From Minisyncoccota bacterium (lineage in GTDB: Bacteria > Patescibacteriota > Minisyncoccia > JAHIHE01 > JAGLIN01), in NCBI GenBank assembly GCA_028690055.1, contig JAQVBZ010000001.1, positions 20,452 to 84,451 on the forward strand: a DNA stretch of 64,000 bases, given 5' to 3'. Positions 59,220-64,000 of the stretch are shown here, in pieces; within the stretch, counting starts at the first letter, position 1; each line of letters begins with the position of its first letter. The notes beneath the pieces were generated by a model. That model ran no database searches. It saw nothing but the letters and a program-made list of their open reading frames with translations, and was not told the DNA's origin. Position numbers and translations under genes: made by a program.

Positions 59220-60437
59220 ATGTCTTCAGTGCGTAAGAATATAATCAGGACATTCTTTTATATCGGTCTATTTTTTATTGTCATAGGTAATGTCTTCGGT
59301 TCGAAAGATTATCTCTTGCAGCAAATAGAACATGTCGTTTCAACCTCAAATGAAATATCCGACGTAGATTTTCCGAGCCAGCTGGAAAATCCTAAAACTG
59401 TAGATTTCCAGTGGTCCTACAGGGGCAAAGAATACTCTATCAAGGAAACATTTTACGGAAACATTGACGCATATTACAAAGAACATCCGGTCAAGGCTCT
59501 TTACGAAGGAAGAGCGGAAGATGAATATTACGAAAATTTTGCTCTCAACCTTGAACATGAAGAAGATCCGACTATAAATGATGTAGTAAACGATATAAAG
59601 TCAGAGGGGGTAAAAAATAATCTTTCAGAAGAAGAAATCTTGGAGCTGGTAATATCCTTCGTGCAAGATATTCCATATGATGATGCAAAATATGATCTGA
59701 TTGAAAGTGCGAGCGGTAATGTTGAAGAATCTTGGACCAGGTTTCCATATGAAGTCCTATATGACAATACCGGTATTTGTACCGATAAATCTATGCTTAC
59801 CGTGGCCCTGGTTGAAAAGTTGAATTATGGGACGGCGTTATTCGGTTTTGACAAAAAAGAGCATATGGTCCCGGCCATACAATGTACACAGGAATATTCG
59901 TCTTATTATTCGGGGTATTGTTATACGGAAGTTACGAACGTCGGATTTAAAATCGGCGATTCAACCGCTGGCGATATTGAAGGCGGCAAGGCTGTCGCAA
60001 AATCCTCTATAGTATACACGGGAGGTAATCAGTTATTGGTACCCGATGCGGTTACGCCTGAAGACTTAAGCATCTATGGTAAAAGGAGTGGGGTAATATA
60101 TGATGGCGTGATTGAAACCGTCGACACTATGCACAAGATAACTGAATTGGAAAATCAGCTGCATTTTATGAGTTTGGATGTGGAAAATGCAAAAAAGGAT
60201 TATCTGGAATTCGTGGTAACTGTGGAGGATTATAAAAAACAGGCGGATGATGCATACAATAGGCATCTGATTAAAAAGGACGCTTCATCCTATAACAGCT
60301 ACCTAGCTTTGCATAAGCAGTACGGTGTTGCATATTCTCAATATGAAGGTAAGGTAAAAATATATAACGACAGGGTCAACGAATACAACAACTTGGCGAA
60401 TGAGTATAATAGTTTAATCAAATCTTTTTATAATTGA
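59220..60437 (+). CDS. Hypothetical membrane-anchored protein, possible transglutaminase-like cysteine-protease core, C-terminal coiled coil
   Basis: N-terminal TM (FFYIGLFFIVIGNVF). GICTDKSMLTVALVEKLNYGTALFGFDKKEHMV is reminiscent of the Cys-His core of transglutaminase-like proteins. C-terminal heptad-rich region. Confidence 0.4.
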   Translation: MSSVRKNIIRTFFYIGLFFIVIGNVFGSKDYLLQQIEHVVSTSNEISDVDFPSQLENPKTVDFQWSYRGKEYSIKETFYGNIDAYYKEHPVKALYEGRAEDEYYENFALNLEHEEDPTINDVVNDIKSEGVKNNLSEEEILELVISFVQDIPYDDAKYDLIESASGNVEESWTRFPYEVLYDNTGICTDKSMLTVALVEKLNYGTALFGFDKKEHMVPAIQCTQEYSSYYSGYCYTEVTNVGFKIGDSTAGDIEGGKAVAKSSIVYTGGNQLLVPDAVTPEDLSIYGKRSGVIYDGVIETVDTMHKITELENQLHFMSLDVENAKKDYLEFVVTVEDYKKQADDAYNRHLIKKDASSYNSYLALHKQYGVAYSQYEGKVKIYNDRVNEYNNLANEYNSLIKSFYN

Positions 60438-60506
60438 TATGATCGTGCAGCTTGTTGCGCAAGCGATTGTTGTACACTCCTTATTCCACGGTAATATCTT
60501 TACATT

Positions 60507-60644
60507 GTCATTCCGAAATGAGCGGAGCGATTGAGGAATCTGGGAATAATACTATTCACTTATAATGTTTTATATAAACATAAAGGCAGAATACTCTCCC
60601 GCATTTCCCGGATCCCTCAGATGAGTACATCTTTCGGGATGACA
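60507..60644 (+). repeat. MITE-like family 2, copy e
   Basis: Nearly identical 5' arm to copy b (TGTCATTCCGAAATGAGCGGAGCGATTGAGGAATCTGGGAATAATACTA). Confidence 0.85.
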
Positions 60645-60728
60645 TAGTCATATCGTGTTGTGGAATCGGGGATCTGAGTTTTGCCTTCTTTGCCATCTTG
60701 AAAATATTAAATAAATTAAAAAAATCCC

Positions 60729-61193
60729 ATGGTACTTTCTTCTCAAGCAATCAAATCAGCAGTGCAAAAAAGCGAATTGGACATCACGCCCTTTGATGAA
60801 AAAAATCTGAAGCCGGCAAGCTATACTTTTACACTTGCGGCAAGATTATTGATTCCGAAAAAAGTTTCTCTGATTGTTATGGGCGGCGAGCAGGAATACG
60901 AAGAAGTTGTGATGGGATTGGACGGATTCGTTTTGCAGCCGGGGGATTTTGTACTCGGGTTTACGGCGGAGCATCTCGCGCTCAAAAATAATTATGCCTG
61001 CTTTCTTTCTGCACGCGGCTCATGTGCGCAGGCAGGACTTTCGGTCCTCCTCAGTTCCAGCTTTGCCGAGCCAGACACGGATAACCCTATAATCTTGGAA
61101 ATCCATAACGCCGGAAAGTCTCCGATCAGGTTGGAAGCGGGAATGAAGATTGTTAAGGGAATATTTATGCCGGTAGAGGAATACTCGGAGTAG
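60729..61193 (+). CDS. dcd: dCTP deaminase / dUTPase-superfamily protein (short, 154 aa; 3' end supplied by a MITE)
   Basis: Blocks QPASYTFTLA, PGDFVLGFTAEHLAL, SARGSCAQAGLSV, IILEIHNAGKSPIRLEAGMKIVKGIFMPV match the dcd/dut beta-barrel fold. The stop codon TAG lies inside family-1 copy 7. Confidence 0.65.
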   Translation: MVLSSQAIKSAVQKSELDITPFDEKNLKPASYTFTLAARLLIPKKVSLIVMGGEQEYEEVVMGLDGFVLQPGDFVLGFTAEHLALKNNYACFLSARGSCAQAGLSVLLSSSFAEPDTDNPIILEIHNAGKSPIRLEAGMKIVKGIFMPVEEYSE

Positions 61194-61272
61194 CAGACTT
61201 TAGTCTGCGTGCATTTATGGTAACGTTATTATCGCATGGGACAACCGCGCGGGATAAATCCCGCTACTCCAT
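61187..61272 (-). repeat. MITE-like family 1, copy 7 (reverse orientation, ~86 bp, internally shortened)
   Basis: GGAGTAGCAGACTTTAGTCTGCG...GCGCGGGATAAATCCCGCTACTCCA is the reverse complement of the family-1 ends. Confidence 0.8.
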
Positions 61273-61401
61273 TGAAAGTACTTTCTAAGTCCGGAGATAG
61301 TCGTGTTTTGCGGTGCTTCGTTTAGGTTTTATAAAACCGCTTAACTTTGATAGAATTATAAACACTGAGTCGGACATTCTTAATTTCCAATAAATATTAT
61401 T

Positions 61402-62562
61402 ATGCAAAACAAGAATCAGTTGCTTAAAATCTTTTCTTTCCTCCTGCTTGCCCTGGTCGTGCGTTTTTTTGTGGTAGATAGAATCTTGCTCGAAACAGAT
61501 AGTTTATGGATGCAGGCAGTGGCAATCGGCGTTATTTTTGCTATCGGTATCGGCTATATTTTTCGCGGCACCGCCAAGGTGATTGAGGAAACCACTGATG
61601 TTTTGAAAGATCGGACGGGACTGGCCGGCGGTTTTTTGCAGGCGCTTGGGACTGCATTTCCGGATATGATTATCGGGGTGATGGCGGCTATCGTTTCGTT
61701 GCAAGTCAGAGATAGTGATTATGCCCGCGCAATCAATCTCGCTATCATCGCTGCAGCTTCGACTTTCGGTTCGAATATTTACAACATCATCCATGCGGCT
61801 TGGTGCGTGTCTCGGCAAAACTTGGCCAATAAGATAGATAAGTCGGTGATGATGTTTCCGGGCTTCAAATCCGGGGGAAACGTGAGGCCTCTTCGCGAAC
61901 ACACTACCAAGCCTTCAGCGGTGGAAATCGATAATGCCATCAGTATTCTGACTGCGCTGACTCTGCTGACAGCATTTGTAGCTGTCACGATGGTGCTCTT
62001 CGGCCAAGTCAAAGACGCCAGATTGGAAACGTCCGGCGAGCTTTATCAATTGATCAAACCGGTCGGAGTCGTACTCTTTGTCCTGTGCGCTTACATACTC
62101 TATTATTTCCGCAAGAACGAACGTCCCGAATCGTTGGACAAGAATGTCATCAAGGCTAAGCGTTATTATTCAGATCTCAGCACTTCGCGGATCTGGCTCG
62201 ATTTACTTTTGTCCGGTGCCGCTATCTTACTCACGGCAGAAGGAATGGTCCGCGCCATAGAAATTTTTTCGGATCTGACAAACACCCCTTTCGTTATCAC
62301 GGGTATCTTGGCGGGACTCATCGGCTGTTTCGGAGAAATGATGGTTGTGCATAATTTTTCCATCAACCCTAACGGGCGTATCAGCGACGCCATCTCCGGC
62401 GTGGCTATGGATAACATCGTCACGACTCTGGGCGCGTCCATCGTTGCCATAATGGGCGGTATCTTTTTGGGAGGCAACGCTCTTATCCTCATCTTCATCA
62501 TTATTTTGGCATCCAACACCGTGCTCGTCGAACAGATCACTAAATTGAGAAATAAGCTGTAG
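61402..62562 (+). CDS. Ca2+/cation antiporter (CaCA, YrbG-like) family membrane protein
   Basis: Two alpha-repeat-like segments (GGFLQALGTAFPDMIIGVMAAIVSL and FVITGILAGLIGCFGEMMVVHNFS), ~10 TM helices. Confidence 0.5.
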   Translation: MQNKNQLLKIFSFLLLALVVRFFVVDRILLETDSLWMQAVAIGVIFAIGIGYIFRGTAKVIEETTDVLKDRTGLAGGFLQALGTAFPDMIIGVMAAIVSLQVRDSDYARAINLAIIAAASTFGSNIYNIIHAAWCVSRQNLANKIDKSVMMFPGFKSGGNVRPLREHTTKPSAVEIDNAISILTALTLLTAFVAVTMVLFGQVKDARLETSGELYQLIKPVGVVLFVLCAYILYYFRKNERPESLDKNVIKAKRYYSDLSTSRIWLDLLLSGAAILLTAEGMVRAIEIFSDLTNTPFVITGILAGLIGCFGEMMVVHNFSINPNGRISDAISGVAMDNIVTTLGASIVAIMGGIFLGGNALILIFIIILASNTVLVEQITKLRNKL

Positions 62563-62587
62563 CTTTTTTCGGTTAGTGTAATAACGA

Positions 62588-62622
62588 AAGACCTTCTGCT
62601 CACTGGCGGGGAGGTCTTTTTC
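62588..62622 (+). terminator. Putative rho-independent terminator
   Basis: AGACCT...AGGTCT stem with a large loop, then TTTTTCT. Confidence 0.4.
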
Positions 62623-62766
62623 TGTGTAGAGGGGGTTGGATTTTTTCATCCTGCAGCGTAATATGGAATAAAGATAAATGGCTTGACAAAATAGCATTAT
62701 TATGCTAGTATGAAAAACAAGTAATGAAGATATCAAAATAAAAGAACCAAAGGGATTGATTAAAGA

Positions 62767-63054
62767 ATGACAATGGAATGGAAAATATTGATTCCCCTGT
62801 TTATTTTATGTCTGGCTGTCGCAATGTCAGGTTGCACCGATAAAGGGCAACAGGGCGTAGATGAAGTCTCGTCTTCGGTAGTGCCAATCTATCCGCAAGA
62901 ATCTTTATTCAAGACGCCACAAGGAAGGATATTCGAGGTAAGCTCTTCTAATGGAGTTTCCACTGGAAATATGACGGATTCTCCAAGGGCTCTCCTGAGT
63001 TGTTCAAATAACAACTGGTACTTCCTCGAAAGCGATGGCCTCTATGCGGCATAG
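62767..63054 (+). CDS. Hypothetical small lipoprotein
   Basis: Lipobox-like LAVAMSGC. 95 aa. Confidence 0.35.
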   Translation: MTMEWKILIPLFILCLAVAMSGCTDKGQQGVDEVSSSVVPIYPQESLFKTPQGRIFEVSSSNGVSTGNMTDSPRALLSCSNNNWYFLESDGLYAA

Positions 63055-63057
63055 CTT

Positions 63058-63372
63058 TTGTCCGATGATATAAACAATATTCCGGACATTGAAATAATAA
63101 CTCCAGTGAAGGAGGAAGTGTGGCTGAGAAACTTCCATGCAAAAAACGATGTAGATAACACGGGGAGGGAATATATAACTTTTACGTGGGAACAACAAGG
63201 ATTAAAAACGGTGAGCATTGATTACCTGAAAAAACAGGAATTTAGTCAATATTACCAGACTTATAATCTTTACAATGGGAACGCTGACGAATGCTCCGTT
63301 GTAATATATAAAACGAGTTTGGATGAAGGAGAAATGTGGCTGATAAGAACTTCAGGAGAACTGAGATTCTAA
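63058..63372 (+). CDS. Hypothetical protein
   Basis: 104-aa ORF immediately following. No motif. Confidence 0.3.
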   Translation: MSDDINNIPDIEIITPVKEEVWLRNFHAKNDVDNTGREYITFTWEQQGLKTVSIDYLKKQEFSQYYQTYNLYNGNADECSVVIYKTSLDEGEMWLIRTSGELRF

Positions 63373-63547
63373 TCTTTCACCTTTCTCTATTTTTTTGCCT
63401 ATTTTATTGCTATACTAGTATAATTCTAGCAATGGCCCCGGGGTTTGTTCGGGGTAATTTAGAATCTGGTACTTTCGGGAAGAGGGATGTTTCTTGATTT
63501 TTGTGGTATAGTTTTATCAAGAGGAATAACTAATATTAAAAAAGCTT

Positions 63548-64000
63548 ATGGAACTTATAAAAGAAATTTCTGAAGAAAATGCCGGTATATTGCCAAGCGG
63601 GAAGAGAGACATTCGTTATTCATTGCGCAAGGCGGCGCGGGCTTTGGTCTTTGACCGCGAGAGTAAGATTGCGATACTCTTCGCTTCGAAATTTAATTAT
63701 CATAAGCTTCCGGGCGGAGGTGTAGAAGATGGCGAGGACGTGGCGTCGGCGCTGACTCGGGAACTCTTGGAAGAGACAGGCTGTCAGGTCGAGGTGAGGC
63801 CGCAAGAGGTGGGAGCGGTTATCGAATATCGGGATGAAGATGAGCTGTTGCAGATTTCCTACTGCTACCTTGCGGATGTGATAGGCGAGCCAGGGGAAGT
63901 CGCTTTTACGGAAAAAGAAATCGCCAACGGATTCCAGCTCCAGTGGCTCGGTCTGGATGAGGCGATTGCTGTGTTGCATAGCGATGAGCCTGCAAGCTAT
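63548..64000 (+). CDS. NUDIX hydrolase (3' end beyond window)
   Basis: Nudix box GGGVEDGEDVASALTRELLEETG. Confidence 0.7.
   Translation, partial: MELIKEISEENAGILPSGKRDIRYSLRKAARALVFDRESKIAILFASKFNYHKLPGGGVEDGEDVASALTRELLEETGCQVEVRPQEVGAVIEYRDEDELLQISYCYLADVIGEPGEVAFTEKEIANGFQLQWLGLDEAIAVLHSDEPASY

Noticed and set aside
60729-61193. dcd-like gene as a nucleotide-depletion anti-phage defence gene
   Set aside because: It is a single small dcd/dut-fold domain without the N-terminal kinase-like extension seen in defence dCTP deaminases. A housekeeping dUMP-supply role is more likely. The noteworthy feature is its MITE-derived 3' end.
52900-61300. Considered whether the dense short repeats constitute a CRISPR array
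   Set aside because: The repeats are 85-240 bp and imperfect (75-90% identity). They are of several unrelated families, irregularly spaced and separated by genes. There are no 25-40-bp exact direct repeats with uniform spacers and no cas genes.
62166-62736. Two overlapping minus-strand ORFs (145, 169 aa) across the 3' end of the CaCA gene
   Set aside because: They are antisense to a membrane-protein gene with coherent TM periodicity. They lack starts with an RBS.

Overview
This 64-kb window is a chromosomal segment of a small-genome bacterium. The gene content and gene syntax are consistent with a Candidate Phyla Radiation / Patescibacteria-like organism, but that is inference only. It carries recognisable housekeeping genes: the rpoC 3' end, ftsK, a rodZ-like gene, recA, the rpsF-ssb-rpsR operon, ychF, mscS, trpS, RNase J, pgi, secG, uvrA, groES/groEL, lemA-htpX, ppsA, rarA, two ABC exporter genes, a dcd-like gene and a NUDIX gene. 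There are three tRNAs, none with an encoded CCA end: Leu-CAG, Arg-CCG and Ser-GGA. A sugar-nucleotide activation cluster spans about 14.5-22.4 kb: a GlmU-like nucleotidyltransferase, a HAD phosphatase, a phosphomanno/glucomutase, a ribbon-helix-helix::nucleotidyltransferase fusion and two mannose-1-phosphate guanylyltransferase paralogs. Two large secreted proteins each pair a carbohydrate-active-like catalytic domain (jelly-roll lyase-like; pectate-lyase-type beta-helix) with arrays of Listeria-Bacteroides (Flg_new-type) repeats. Intergenic DNA is saturated with at least six families of short MITE-like repeats with terminal inverted repeats and internal hairpins. These cluster at gene 3' ends; one copy donates the stop codon of the dcd-like gene. 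Direct copies of a composite element flank a two-gene cassette: a DUF134-like regulator plus a Gly-rich DUF5320-like small protein. Other oddities are tandemly duplicated 59-aa zinc-ribbon mini-genes (one interrupted at an A7 homopolymer), a standalone Pol-beta-type nucleotidyltransferase embedded in a MITE array, and a conserved ~140-nt element after two unrelated genes. No CRISPR array, rRNA, integrase or phage structural genes were seen.
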